Virus record (IMG/VR): IMGVR_UViG_3300048852_000028
Span: 1 to 46,724 of that record
Length of the DNA: 46,724 bases
Strand: one strand, 5' to 3'
From: a virus
Lineage: Duplodnaviria > Caudoviricetes
This document shows, piece by piece, positions 34,779 through 44,799 of this stretch. Made by a program: the position numbers and the translations under genes. Under the pieces are notes generated by a model, which saw only the letters and a list, made by a program, of their open reading frames with translations, searched no databases and had not been told where the DNA came from. Numbering within the stretch: position 1 is the first letter of the stretch; the number at the start of each line of letters is the position of its first letter.

Positions 34779-37700
34779 ATGAAGCTTGCCATCAAGCATA
34801 ATCTCCTGGTCTTCGATCCGGAGCGCGACGACGTTCGCTTGCCTGAGAGCGGGCTCGTGCTCCCCATTGCCGAGCACAAGACCCGCAAGCGCAAGCCGAC
34901 GATCGAGCAACTGGTCGCTGAGACCGGCTGGCGCTTCGATCTGCCGACCGTCTGCAAAGTGAATGGTCTGTATTATGGCCGCACCGAATGGGCGACCCAT
35001 CGGCTGGCCGCCAACGATAACGTCGAGTTCATCAGCCGGCCGCTCGGCGGCATGGGCGGCGGGGGCGGCTCCTCGGCCAAGTCCATCGGCGCGATCGTCG
35101 CCATGGTGGCGCTCACGGCGCTCGCCCCTTGGGCCATGGGTGCCATCGGCTTGACCGGTGCGGCGGCCTCGATCGGCTCCTCCCTGCTCATCGCAGGCGG
35201 GGCCATGGCCATCAGCCATTTTCTCAAGCCCAAGGCAGGCGGCAAGACCGCAGAGACGGAAGAGCTTTACTCCTTCGGCTTCGGCGGCAACCAGGCCCGC
35301 CCGCTGCAGCCAATCCCGGTTCTCTATGGCCGCACCCTGTCCTTCCCCGACTTCGCCGCCCCGAAATATTCGGAATACGACGGCGACAGCATGACCGAAT
35401 ACGCCCTGCTCGCTGTGACCTGCGGAGACGCAGACATCGAGGAGGTTCGGATCGCGGACACCCGCATCTGGACCAAGAGCGGCGGCTATAACTCCTCATT
35501 CCCGGGCATCACGATCCAGATCCGCAAGCCCGGGCAGAAGGTCACGCTGTTCCCCGTCAACGTGGTCACGGCCTCGGAAGTGTCGGGCATTGAGCTCGGG
35601 ACGGACTTCACGCCCGGCTTCACGGCCAATGCTGCCGGCACGACGGCGCTGAAACTCCTGCTCGACTTCGTGTTCCCGAGCGGGTTGTTCATGACGTGGA
35701 AGGGCGAACTGCGGAGCCTCTCCGTTGATGTGGCCGTGCAGATCCGTCCGGTGAACGATGCCGGCGCTCCGACAGGCGCCTGGGCTGATGTCTGGAACAA
35801 GACCTATACCTATTCCAAGCAGAGCCAGATCCGCATCACGGAAGAGATCGACATTCCCGATGGCCGTTATGAAGTGCGGGCACGGCGGACGAACTCCTCG
35901 ATGGAGGATTGGGCGCCTGACGACCGGCGCGGCGGTGCGGATCAGGTCGTCTGGTCGGCCCTGCGCGCCCAGATCGACGGCCCGAACTCGTTCCCTGGCG
36001 TCACGACCATCGCAGTCCGCGCCAAGGCGGGCGAGGCCCTGCAAGGCATCATGAATGGCCAGATCGGCGTCATCGCGACCCGTATCATTCCCGTCTGGAC
36101 GGGTTCGGGCTTCGTGGAGCAGGAAAGCCGCTCCATCGCCTGGGCTGCGCTCGACATCTGGCGGAACTCTGCCTATGGTGCCGGCCTCTCGCTCGATCAG
36201 ATCGACTTCCAATCGTTCTATGCCTATGACCAACTCTGGGCGAGCCTCGGGCACACCTTCGATCACGTCTTCAAAGAGCCCCAGACCTTGGACGACGCTC
36301 TCGAGACGATCCTGAAGGCGGGCCGCGCCATGCCGGCCCCGGTGGGCGATCGCCTGACCATCGTCAGGGACGAACCCCGCGGCATCCCGCGCATGATGTT
36401 CACCGACTATGACATCGTGCGCGACAGCCTCACGATCGACTACACCCTGGCCGATGACGACATCGCGGACGGGATCATCGGCGAATATCTCGACGCCACG
36501 ACCTACAAGTTGGCCGAGGTGTCCTCTGCGCCCGATGGCGTGACCCTTGCCAAGCCCTCGCGCGTGCAGTTGACCGGCGTCAGCAAGCGCTCGCAAGCGG
36601 CCGGCCTCGTCCGGTTCATGGCCGGCGAGAACCAGTATCGCCGCGTCATGGTCTCATGGACGGCCCGCGCCGAAGGACGCCTGCTCAAGCGCGGCGATCT
36701 GGTCATGCTGTCCTGCGAGGAGCCTGAAACCTGGGGCCAATCGGCCGAGGTCGTGGCTTACAACGACTCCTTCCGGCAGATCACCTTCGACCAGCCGCTC
36801 GATTGGGACGCGAACGCCATCAACCATTACGTCGAGATCCGGCGCAGGGACGGGCAGCCGTGGGGGCCTGTGCGGGTCAGCCGTGGCTCTTCCGCCCGCA
36901 TCGCCGTCGTCAATGCCGTCGATTTCGCCAATGAGGCTACGCGGCAGGGCATGAGCCTTGCGGATGCGATTGCCCGCTCTGACCTGGCCGACAAGCCCAC
37001 GGCGGCATTCTCTCCCGGCGAGCCCCGCACCTTCCGCGTCCTCATCACGGAAGGCACGCCCGACACGGACGGGGAGCACATCACCCTGACCGGCGTGCTG
37101 GACGATCCGACCGTCTACGCTGTGACCGAGACCGGCGTCACGCCGCTGCCGACCATCCCGGATGTGTTCTCGCAGTCGATCCCGGTCATCACGACGCTCG
37201 CCGCGCAAGTCTACCAGCGCGGGATGAGCCTGATCCTGCAGGCCGGCTGGCAGCCCGCCCCGGGCGCCCTGCGCTACATTGCCGACGTGTCCTATGACAA
37301 CCGGCAGACATGGGTCCGCGCCTATGAGGGCGACAAGACTACCTTCGAGGCCGTTGTCGCAGGGGCTCAGAAGATCTTCGTGCGCGTGGCCGGCATCACG
37401 CCCGCCAACATCATCGGCGTCTATAGCATCGTTGAGGTGAACCCGCCGCCGGTGGTGCTCGACAACACCTTCTTCATCATGAAGATCCGGCCAGATGATC
37501 TCATTCCGGAACTCAGCCGGGATCTCGAAAGCCTCGCCATCCTCGATAGCCTCGCGGACATGGCCGGCGAGACCCGCGTCGTGGCCGAGGAGGCAGATGA
37601 CCGCGGCAGGGCGGCCATTACCGAGGTCGCCAAGGTCCGCGTCGATACCGAGAGCGCCATCGCGCAGCTCACGACCACCGTCGAGGCGCAGTTCGATGAA

Positions 37701-38129
37701 CTTGAAGTCAGCGTTCAGGAGCAGTTTACGGCCGTCGCGACCATCACCGGCCAGCTCATCGGGGCCTACAAGGTCACGATCAACTCGGGCGGCTACTTCG
37801 GCGGCTTCCAGCTTGTCGGCGCCAATGGTCCGGGCGGGTTTCAGAGCGAATTCAAGATTGCGGTCGACAAGTTCCTCGTCGGGGCCCCCGGTTCTGGGTT
37901 CGGGGAGGAGGCGGTCTTCTCGATCGCCACTCACAACGGCATCGGCCGCATGGTGCTCCGCGGCGACTTCATCGCGGACGGCAGCATCAATGCCAACCAG
38001 ATCAACGTCCTGAACCTCTCGGCCATCAGCGCTCAGATCGGCACGGTGTCATCCTCGCCGAGCGTTACAACCGCAGGCGGCTTCATCCTCGACGGCCCGA
38101 ACCGCCGCATTGAAATCTGGGACGTATAA
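34779..38129 (+). CDS. Central tail fibre / host-specificity J-like protein
   Basis: 1116 aa; NQARPLQPIPVLYG, FN3-like segment, coiled coil, C-terminal IADGSINANQI. Confidence 0.88.
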   Translation: MKLAIKHNLLVFDPERDDVRLPESGLVLPIAEHKTRKRKPTIEQLVAETGWRFDLPTVCKVNGLYYGRTEWATHRLAANDNVEFISRPLGGMGGGGGSSAKSIGAIVAMVALTALAPWAMGAIGLTGAAASIGSSLLIAGGAMAISHFLKPKAGGKTAETEELYSFGFGGNQARPLQPIPVLYGRTLSFPDFAAPKYSEYDGDSMTEYALLAVTCGDADIEEVRIADTRIWTKSGGYNSSFPGITIQIRKPGQKVTLFPVNVVTASEVSGIELGTDFTPGFTANAAGTTALKLLLDFVFPSGLFMTWKGELRSLSVDVAVQIRPVNDAGAPTGAWADVWNKTYTYSKQSQIRITEEIDIPDGRYEVRARRTNSSMEDWAPDDRRGGADQVVWSALRAQIDGPNSFPGVTTIAVRAKAGEALQGIMNGQIGVIATRIIPVWTGSGFVEQESRSIAWAALDIWRNSAYGAGLSLDQIDFQSFYAYDQLWASLGHTFDHVFKEPQTLDDALETILKAGRAMPAPVGDRLTIVRDEPRGIPRMMFTDYDIVRDSLTIDYTLADDDIADGIIGEYLDATTYKLAEVSSAPDGVTLAKPSRVQLTGVSKRSQAAGLVRFMAGENQYRRVMVSWTARAEGRLLKRGDLVMLSCEEPETWGQSAEVVAYNDSFRQITFDQPLDWDANAINHYVEIRRRDGQPWGPVRVSRGSSARIAVVNAVDFANEATRQGMSLADAIARSDLADKPTAAFSPGEPRTFRVLITEGTPDTDGEHITLTGVLDDPTVYAVTETGVTPLPTIPDVFSQSIPVITTLAAQVYQRGMSLILQAGWQPAPGALRYIADVSYDNRQTWVRAYEGDKTTFEAVVAGAQKIFVRVAGITPANIIGVYSIVEVNPPPVVLDNTFFIMKIRPDDLIPELSRDLESLAILDSLADMAGETRVVAEEADDRGRAAITEVAKVRVDTESAIAQLTTTVEAQFDELEVSVQEQFTAVATITGQLIGAYKVTINSGGYFGGFQLVGANGPGGFQSEFKIAVDKFLVGAPGSGFGEEAVFSIATHNGIGRMVLRGDFIADGSINANQINVLNLSAISAQIGTVSSSPSVTTAGGFILDGPNRRIEIWDV

Positions 38130-38551
38130 TGGCCCGACGTATCGTCATGGGGATGATGAGCAACGGCAGCTATGACTTGCGCATCTCGCGCAGGGGCTTC
38201 GATGCTCTGACGGCGGACGTGAACAACGATCGGCAGATCAGCTTCTCGGCGCAGCGGGCCGCTCGGGCGAAGGTCGGTGCGGCGGGCAACGTGGCGGGCC
38301 TGAACTCGTGGGTAAACTTCGGGCGCACGTTCGACTATCCGCCCCCGACGCTGGCCGCCATCAAGAGAGGCGGGCGCATCTATTTCAATATGTATACCTA
38401 CATTAACCCCAGCGACGGCAGCTTCTTCGGCAGCCCCTTTACCCTCGTGGTGCAGGCGAACCGCTGCAAGGCGGTGAACTGCATCCCATGGGGCGGGTTC
38501 AACTTCGCGGCCGGCGACAATTACCAATTCTACACCTTGGCGGATGACTGA
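38129..38551 (+). CDS. Tail-tip accessory protein, paralog 1
   Basis: MARRIVMG...LRISRRGFDA. Confidence 0.7.
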   Translation: MARRIVMGMMSNGSYDLRISRRGFDALTADVNNDRQISFSAQRAARAKVGAAGNVAGLNSWVNFGRTFDYPPPTLAAIKRGGRIYFNMYTYINPSDGSFFGSPFTLVVQANRCKAVNCIPWGGFNFAAGDNYQFYTLADD

Positions 38552-38925
38552 TGGCTCGGCGGGTGGTGTTGGGCAACAGGGGCGGGGCATACGGCCTGTG
38601 GGTGTCCAAGCCGGGGTTCGACGCGCTCTCGGCAGCCGACTCCGGGCTTCTGTTCACGATGACGCGTCGGAGCGGGATGGTACTGGCCTCCGGTACGGCA
38701 ACTGTTCCCTCTGGCGGAAGTTCTCTCAGAGTAGCCTTCGGCGACACATTCCCGAGCATTCCGCTCGTTTTCTGCGGCAGCATGAACACCTATCCGAATG
38801 ACCGCGCCGTCAGCATCTCAGTTGATACATCCGGCTTCAACCTTCGGGCTGAAAGCGTGAACGGCAGCTTCCCGGCCGCCGGCACGTCGGCTCGCTGGTT
38901 CGCCGTCATGAGAAGCCAGGGCTGA
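38551..38925 (+). CDS. Tail-tip accessory protein, paralog 2
   Basis: MARRVVLG...LWVSKPGFDA. Confidence 0.7.
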   Translation: MARRVVLGNRGGAYGLWVSKPGFDALSAADSGLLFTMTRRSGMVLASGTATVPSGGSSLRVAFGDTFPSIPLVFCGSMNTYPNDRAVSISVDTSGFNLRAESVNGSFPAAGTSARWFAVMRSQG

Positions 38926-38928
38926 GCG

Positions 38929-39444
38929 ATGGCAAGGCGTGTTGTTCTCGGCCAGGTTGGCGGTGCATTTCGCTTTCGGGTCGCTCAGCCTGGGGTTGAT
39001 GCCGCGACGGCGGATCTCGATCAACTCATCTTCGATGCGGACGCGATCCCGACCCGCATTCTGGCAACAGGGCTTGCTACGGTGGGGCAGACCCTGGATC
39101 CGAATGTGCCCACTCTGCGAGAGCTATCGCATGGCGTCTCGCCGTCGCTCGTCATTGGTGTCGCGCAGTCCATCTATACGACGCCCGGGCAGGTTGATGA
39201 AACAAACCAATGGGTCGTCATCCAACGGCTCGCACCGAGCCAGGGCGGCGGCACAGGTGCCTTCACCATCGATCCTGCTGGGCTCAAGGATGGCTGGGCA
39301 GCCCCTTGGTACTGGTTCGGCACCGAGAGCGGCGGCGCTACGCAATCTTGCGGCTGGCGTCTCGGCTGGGACTCTTCGAAGGTCTACCTCTACAACCACA
39401 GCGCCCGGGATATCCGCGTGCGCTGGACAGCATTGGACTTCTGA
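38929..39444 (+). CDS. Tail-tip accessory protein, paralog 3
   Basis: MARRVVLG...FRVAQPGVDA. Confidence 0.7.
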   Translation: MARRVVLGQVGGAFRFRVAQPGVDAATADLDQLIFDADAIPTRILATGLATVGQTLDPNVPTLRELSHGVSPSLVIGVAQSIYTTPGQVDETNQWVVIQRLAPSQGGGTGAFTIDPAGLKDGWAAPWYWFGTESGGATQSCGWRLGWDSSKVYLYNHSARDIRVRWTALDF

Positions 39445-39446
39445 AA

Positions 39447-39863
39447 ATGCTTCTCTACACGGACAAGGACGGGCGTTACATCGGTCATCTCGATCAGGGC
39501 TATCCGGCACTGCCGGAAGTACTTGAGAAGGTGAGCGCGGATCAGGGCGGCAACGTCTACGACATCCCGCCGCTTGTGCCCGAGTTCTGGCACTTTCCGA
39601 AGGGCGTCCCGACCATCCGGCCCATCCTCGATTACACAGTCACGGAGAAGGAAGACGGCGGCGACAAGGTGATGGTGATCGCAGGTATTCCCAAAGGTGT
39701 CACGGTGACGGTCGCAGGCCCCGACGGCAATCAATCCTGGGAGGCTGACGGCGACGAACTCGAACTCGTGCTGCGCACCGCGGGCGATTACAGCGTGTCC
39801 TTCGATCCGTTCCCCGCCCAGCCGGTGGCCGTCCATATCTCCGTCACTGAGAAGGGGGCTTGA
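39447..39863 (+). CDS. Tail-module hypothetical protein
   Basis: Contiguous in the operon; GIPKG...GDYSV..DPFP. Confidence 0.7.
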   Translation: MLLYTDKDGRYIGHLDQGYPALPEVLEKVSADQGGNVYDIPPLVPEFWHFPKGVPTIRPILDYTVTEKEDGGDKVMVIAGIPKGVTVTVAGPDGNQSWEADGDELELVLRTAGDYSVSFDPFPAQPVAVHISVTEKGA

Positions 39864-39864
39864 G

Positions 39865-40206
39865 ATGGCGCGTCTTGAGTTCGGCCCCTCCGTCGATCAG
39901 CTCCGCGACATGGCAGAGCAGGCGATCGACAGGCACTTTGAGCCGGTGCGCCTGCGCATGGCCCTCTATAACCGCAAGGTCACGGAAGCCCGCAATCATC
40001 TCGCCGGCACCCCGTCCGCCATGCTCAACAAGGAAGCACAGCGCCGGCACATCAAGGCCGACGAGATCGCCCGCCATGTGGTGACGCTCGCAGAGGCCGA
40101 CGAGGCCACGGAAGACGACCGTACGGCCCTGAAGTTGAAAGTCCGCAAAGCCCTGACGGCTGAGAAGATCCGCAGGATCCTCGCCCAGAACGGCATCACT
40201 CTCTGA
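39865..40206 (+). CDS. Tail-module hypothetical protein
   Basis: Contiguous in the operon; LYNRKVTEAR. Confidence 0.7.
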   Translation: MARLEFGPSVDQLRDMAEQAIDRHFEPVRLRMALYNRKVTEARNHLAGTPSAMLNKEAQRRHIKADEIARHVVTLAEADEATEDDRTALKLKVRKALTAEKIRRILAQNGITL

Positions 40207-40218
40207 GCAGGAACCCCA

Positions 40219-41454
40219 ATGGCTCTCGACCCCTCATACTTCTTCTACAGCGAAGGCACGATCTCGCTGACGAACGGCTCGGACATCGCGACGGGCAACT
40301 TCACGGCCTGGGATCCGGCCGTCCTGCCGTTCGATTTCGTCTATCCGAACGACGGCACGGCGGGCATGTCCGTGATCAAGGAAGTGCTGGCCATGGACGA
40401 GATCCGGCTAGCGAAGCCCTGGACCGGCCCGACGTTGATCGATGTGCCCTATTTCATGGTCCGATGGACTCGCCACACGGATCCGCGCATTTATGCCCTG
40501 CGCGTGTCGGATTATCTGACGCGGCTGAAAGGCATTCCTGAGAACATCGAGGAATTTGCAGACCAGATCAGTGCTGACGCGGCCGCCGTGGCTGCCGCGA
40601 TGGCAGCGCTGGCGGGCATTGAGGCCAATGTCGATGCTGATCGGCAGGCGGCGGAGACGGCAGCGGGGACCGCTACGGGAGCGGCAGGAGCAGCGGCCCA
40701 AAGCGCAGCGACGGCGCAGCAATGGGCCGAGGCGGCTTCCACGACGGTCCTCCCCAATAATAGCGTCTCGAATGCAAAACTGGCCGACATGCCGACGGCC
40801 AGCATAAAGGGGCGGGCAACAGCGGGCATCGGTGACCCCGAAGACCTGACAGGTGCGCAAGCGGCCAGCATTCTGCCTGTGGTCCGCTACGATGCCGCGC
40901 AGAGCCTCACGGCGGCGCAGAAGACACAGGCAATTTCGAATATCGGGAGTGCATTCCGAAAGCTCGATGCTGTGAAGGTCACTGGCGGGGTGGGCAGCGG
41001 GGGTCTTGTCATCCCCATCCCTTCCGATGTTATGCTGATTGCCATCCGAGGCGTCTACACGCCATCCGTGGCCGGCGCGCGGCTTGGCATGCGTGTCAGC
41101 CGGGACGGCGGCTCAGTGTATGACAGTGCGAGTAACAGTTACATCCGAGGTTATATCTTCAACTCTGGCGCATCTCTGACGGCCAACGCTGTCTTCGAAG
41201 CCGATACTCTTTATCTGACATTTCCGCTCTCGGTCACAGCCCTATTCTCGACTTGCAATGCAATCTTCAGCCCCGGGGCTGCTGGGAAGAACGCCCGACT
41301 CACCACTCTGAACGGTGGCCAGGACGGAAGCGGTATCAACAGCGCGATTGATACCTACAACGTTGGCGGTGCCGGGCGCGTAACGCACCTTAGTATCTTC
41401 GCATCATCTGGCGTTCTGGGAGATGGGACTGCGATCGTCGTGGAGGGCTACTGA
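40219..41454 (+). CDS. Side tail fibre / receptor-binding protein
   Basis: YSEGTISLTNGS N-terminus, Ala-rich coil, VRYDAAQSLTAAQKTQAISNIG, beta-rich C-terminus. Confidence 0.8.
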   Translation: MALDPSYFFYSEGTISLTNGSDIATGNFTAWDPAVLPFDFVYPNDGTAGMSVIKEVLAMDEIRLAKPWTGPTLIDVPYFMVRWTRHTDPRIYALRVSDYLTRLKGIPENIEEFADQISADAAAVAAAMAALAGIEANVDADRQAAETAAGTATGAAGAAAQSAATAQQWAEAASTTVLPNNSVSNAKLADMPTASIKGRATAGIGDPEDLTGAQAASILPVVRYDAAQSLTAAQKTQAISNIGSAFRKLDAVKVTGGVGSGGLVIPIPSDVMLIAIRGVYTPSVAGARLGMRVSRDGGSVYDSASNSYIRGYIFNSGASLTANAVFEADTLYLTFPLSVTALFSTCNAIFSPGAAGKNARLTTLNGGQDGSGINSAIDTYNVGGAGRVTHLSIFASSGVLGDGTAIVVEGY

Positions 41455-41455
41455 G

Positions 41456-41761
41456 ATGGAAACCCGTAAGGTCTGGCTGGGCGGCAGAGAGGTGGATGTT
41501 ACTGCCGATTTCGGTCCGCCACCGACTCCGCCAGCTGATCCGGTTCGGGTCTATAAAGCCCCCATGTTTCGCAAGATGTCTGATGCCGAATACGAGGCCT
41601 ATCTTCAGATCCGGGCTGGCTTTCCGCCGCGCCTGCAGGCGATCTTCGACGCTGCCGAGTTTCTGTCATCCGACGATGAGTTCTGGCCGGCCCTGGTTGG
41701 TGCGGCCGAGCAGGCCTATGGGGCAGATCGGGCAGCTGAGATCTTGGCTCCGACCGTGTGA
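41456..41761 (+). CDS. Putative tail fibre chaperone
   Basis: Small ORF directly after the fibre gene. Confidence 0.55.
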   Translation: METRKVWLGGREVDVTADFGPPPTPPADPVRVYKAPMFRKMSDAEYEAYLQIRAGFPPRLQAIFDAAEFLSSDDEFWPALVGAAEQAYGADRAAEILAPTV

Positions 41762-41847
41762 TTTTGGAACGAAATCTCATCTACGCCACGTCTTGGAGCG
41801 CGTCACTTTGCATGGTAGGTCCTCGGACTTCATGAACTGGTGGGGAC

Positions 41848-42998
41848 ATGCAAGAGCAAGGACAGCAGTCGACGGGCAGGATTTACCTCCCCCAATTGGA
41901 TGGGCTTCGATTTGTGGCTTTTTTTTGGTCCTAATCCACCATCATATAACTGCTAGGTATTACTTCCCGGCTGAATCAAAGGTCGGCGCTCTCCTTGGCG
42001 GCATAAGCACATTCGGTTGGGCGGGCGTCGATATTTTCCTAACACTGTCCAGTTTTCTAATCGTGACCTTGCTCATGCTGGAACGGAAGGTAACTGGGAC
42101 GATCTCGATCAGAGGCTTTTACATCCGGAGGGCCCTCCGGATCTGGCCGCTCTATCTGGGCTTTGTGGTGTTCGGGATTGTGCTGCTTCCGCTCGTGCTC
42201 CCCGCGGCGCAGCCCTATTGGGACAACGTTCGGTGGCATCTCTTCCTGTACCTGACATTTACGGGCAATTTTTCGTATGCCTACTTCCCGGCACTCAACT
42301 ACGCAGCGCATCTCTGGACCATCTCACTTGAGGAACAATTCTATTTAGTGGTCCCGGTACTCGTCGTCTTGGCCCCGCTCCTAGGCAGGTCGCTCGGGTG
42401 GTGGGCTCTTGGACTTATGGTGATCGCCGCGGCGTTTCGGCTCTACATCCAGGCTAACGGGGTTAAGTATCCGATCATCTGGGTTATGCCAGTGACCCGG
42501 CTCGATCCCTTCGTTGTCGGCGCAGTATGCGCTTGGATCTACTCAAGCCAGCGCCATTTGCTCAGCGAAAAAGTTGGTTGGCCTCTGGCAGTTTGTGGGG
42601 TCGCCGGTTTCGCATTGGTGGCGCAGGGCGATTACATCGGAGGTCGTTCTCTGGACGCCGTGTGGCAGTTCACACTTGTAGCAATAAGTTCTGGAGCGCT
42701 GCTGCTCTCGGCGTTGTCGAAGGCCGGAATAGGTCGAATGCTCTCGTGGCCGCCGGTCGTTTTCCTCGGCAAGATCTCATTTGGACTCTACGTCTATCAC
42801 TTGCTGCCGATTATGCTGGAGCAACGATTTCTTGGGCTCGGGGATCGGCTCGGCAAGACGCCTGCAACCTGGCTCCTCATTCTCGCGATCGTGTTCTCTG
42901 CGACAGTGCTTCTGGCCGTCGCCTCGTACTATGGGTTTGAACGTCGCTTCGTCCGATTGAAGGAGCGATATGAGCGAATAAAGTCGCGCCCGGCCTAA
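41848..42998 (+). pseudogene. Acyltransferase-3 (OafA-like O-acetyltransferase), out of frame at T8 (41919-41926)
   Basis: N-terminus RIYLPQLDGLRFVA is in one frame; GVDIFLTLS, FYIRRALRIWPLY, HLWTISLEEQFY and LGKISFGLYVYH are in the -1 frame. Confidence 0.88.
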
Positions 42999-43002
42999 CA
43001 AC

Positions 43003-43031
43003 CAGCCGCTCTTCGGAGCGGCTTTCTCTTT
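43003..43031 (+). terminator. Intrinsic terminator after the acyltransferase
   Basis: AGCCGCTC-TTCG-GAGCGGCT plus a T-rich run. Confidence 0.8.
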
Positions 43032-43102
43032 GCCACATCACGAGGACACCATGACCACCGAGACATTCGGGCGGGCGCGCTCGCGTTGGGTCGGAACGCA
43101 GA

Positions 43103-43450
43103 TCACTGTTTCGGCATGCTGTTTCCGTTATTCCGGACTGCTGGCCGGGTCCGACTGATAAGTTGAGCCTTTTTACCCGTCCGGACCTGTGCTGCAATCT
43201 GGTCGATGTTGGGAAAACCATATCTTGCGAGGGACGCCAGCATGGCTCTTTCCTCAGCCTGACAAGCAAGCAGTGCGCCCTCTGCAACTTCGTCTAATGT
43301 GGCTCCTGGCGTGTTGAGATACGCCTTGTTCACGCACGCGTTCCAACGATTTCGCATCGCGTCTATTTCAGTCTCTTTCACTTCCCTGGGTGTCTGGGCA
43401 TAGCAGCCGCTAGACACCAGAAGAGCAGTACAAAGTGCAACCAACTTCAT
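43103..43450 (-). CDS. Secreted accessory protein
   Basis: Signal peptide MKLVALCTALLVSSGCYA; two Cys in the mature part; GGAGG RBS. Confidence 0.7.
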   Translation of the reverse strand: MKLVALCTALLVSSGCYAQTPREVKETEIDAMRNRWNACVNKAYLNTPGATLDEVAEGALLACQAEERAMLASLARYGFPNIDQIAAQVRTGKKAQLISRTRPAVRNNGNSMPKQ

Positions 43451-43562
43451 AGATCCCCCTCCGCCGCATGGAATGCGATCCTAGGAAACGAGGGTTGCAA
43501 GTTGCTTACCCAGGCTCGCTTCCGCGGGCCATTTTTTATGTCCAACCCCCAAGAGGATCCCC

Positions 43563-44243
43563 ATGGATAAGACCTTCCCTAAACCGGCGGCGATGCTGCT
43601 CGACTTCATCGGCAGCAAGGAAGCTCCCAAAGGCTACGATACCGTCTATGCCAACCGCATGGATCGAATGCCGAAGCCCCTCACGTCCATGACGATGAAG
43701 GAGGTCCTCGATCAGGGGAAATGGCGCACGAAGACCTTCGGCTCCTCTGCCTGTGGCCGCTACCAGTTCATGGACGCTACCCTTCGGGATTTAGCCACCG
43801 AACTCGACCTGAAGGCTGAAGATCGGTTCACGCCTGACTATCAGGACCGGCTTGGCCTGCATCTGCTCCGGCGCCGCGGCTACGACAAGTGGGTGAACGG
43901 ACAGATCTCCGACCATGGCTTCATGATCAGCCTGGCCACGGAGTGGGCGAGCTTCCCGGTTCCTTACCGCATGAAGGGCGCCCACCGGACCGTTGAGCGG
44001 GGCCAAAGTTACTACGCTGGCGACGGTCTGAACAAATCTCTGGTGACTGCCGAGGCTGTGGAGGCTGCCCTGACAAAGGCTAAGGGTGCCGCTGGCGAGG
44101 CTCCCCTTCCGCCCCCCCGGCCTGTCCCGCCGCCTCCGGACATCGAACCCGCTCCGGTTCCCGTCTCCCAGCCCGCCACATCAGGCGGGCTTTTTGCTGC
44201 CCTCAAAGGCTTCCTTGAGGCCCTCTTCGGAAAGAAAGCGTGA
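43563..44243 (+). CDS. Endolysin, lysozyme-like fold
   Basis: LLDFIGSKEA..GYD, SSACGRYQFM..TL, FTPDYQD, EWASFP. Confidence 0.88.
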   Translation: MDKTFPKPAAMLLDFIGSKEAPKGYDTVYANRMDRMPKPLTSMTMKEVLDQGKWRTKTFGSSACGRYQFMDATLRDLATELDLKAEDRFTPDYQDRLGLHLLRRRGYDKWVNGQISDHGFMISLATEWASFPVPYRMKGAHRTVERGQSYYAGDGLNKSLVTAEAVEAALTKAKGAAGEAPLPPPRPVPPPPDIEPAPVPVSQPATSGGLFAALKGFLEALFGKKA

Positions 44244-44794
44244 TGCCACCCATCATCGGATTGCTCCTCCAATACGCTCCTGACCTGATCGGCATGTTTG
44301 CCGGCGACAGGACCGGCCCTGCGGCCGGGAAGGTTGTGGATGCTGCCAAGGTCATCTTCGGCACGGACGACCCGAAGGCCGCGCAAGCGCAGATCGAAGC
44401 CGACCCGAAGCTCGCTGAAGTGTTTGTCGAGCAGGCCAGGACGGCGCTTGAGGTCTTCCGGCTGGAGATCCAGGACATCCAAGACGCCAGGGCGCAGACC
44501 CTTGCTCTCAACAACAGCGGCTCCGTCATGGCCTGGGGCGCTGCGATCGTTTCGGTTTTCGTCACCATCATGTTCGGCGGGGCGCTGTACTTCGTCCTGG
44601 CGAGGTCGATCCCTTTTGATGAGCGGCAAGCCACTATCGCGAACATCCTGCTCGGCGTCCTCGGCGCGGCACAGATGCAGGTCATCAACTATTGGCTCGG
44701 CAGTTCGTCGGGCTCCAAGCGATCAGGCGATGCCGTGAGAACCATTGCCGAGCGGGCCATCGCTGAGACCGTCCTGCCGCGCAAGGTGAGCTGA
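44240..44794 (+). CDS. Holin-like membrane protein
   Basis: DIQDAR, two TM helices, INYWLGSSSGS; follows the endolysin. Confidence 0.75.
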   Translation: MMPPIIGLLLQYAPDLIGMFAGDRTGPAAGKVVDAAKVIFGTDDPKAAQAQIEADPKLAEVFVEQARTALEVFRLEIQDIQDARAQTLALNNSGSVMAWGAAIVSVFVTIMFGGALYFVLARSIPFDERQATIANILLGVLGAAQMQVINYWLGSSSGSKRSGDAVRTIAERAIAETVLPRKVS

Positions 44795-44799
44795 ACATC

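Noticed and set aside
41496-41847. ORF-track N-terminal extension of the acyltransferase
   Set aside because: It overlaps the fibre chaperone and lacks the LDGLR motif, which lies in another frame from ATG 41848
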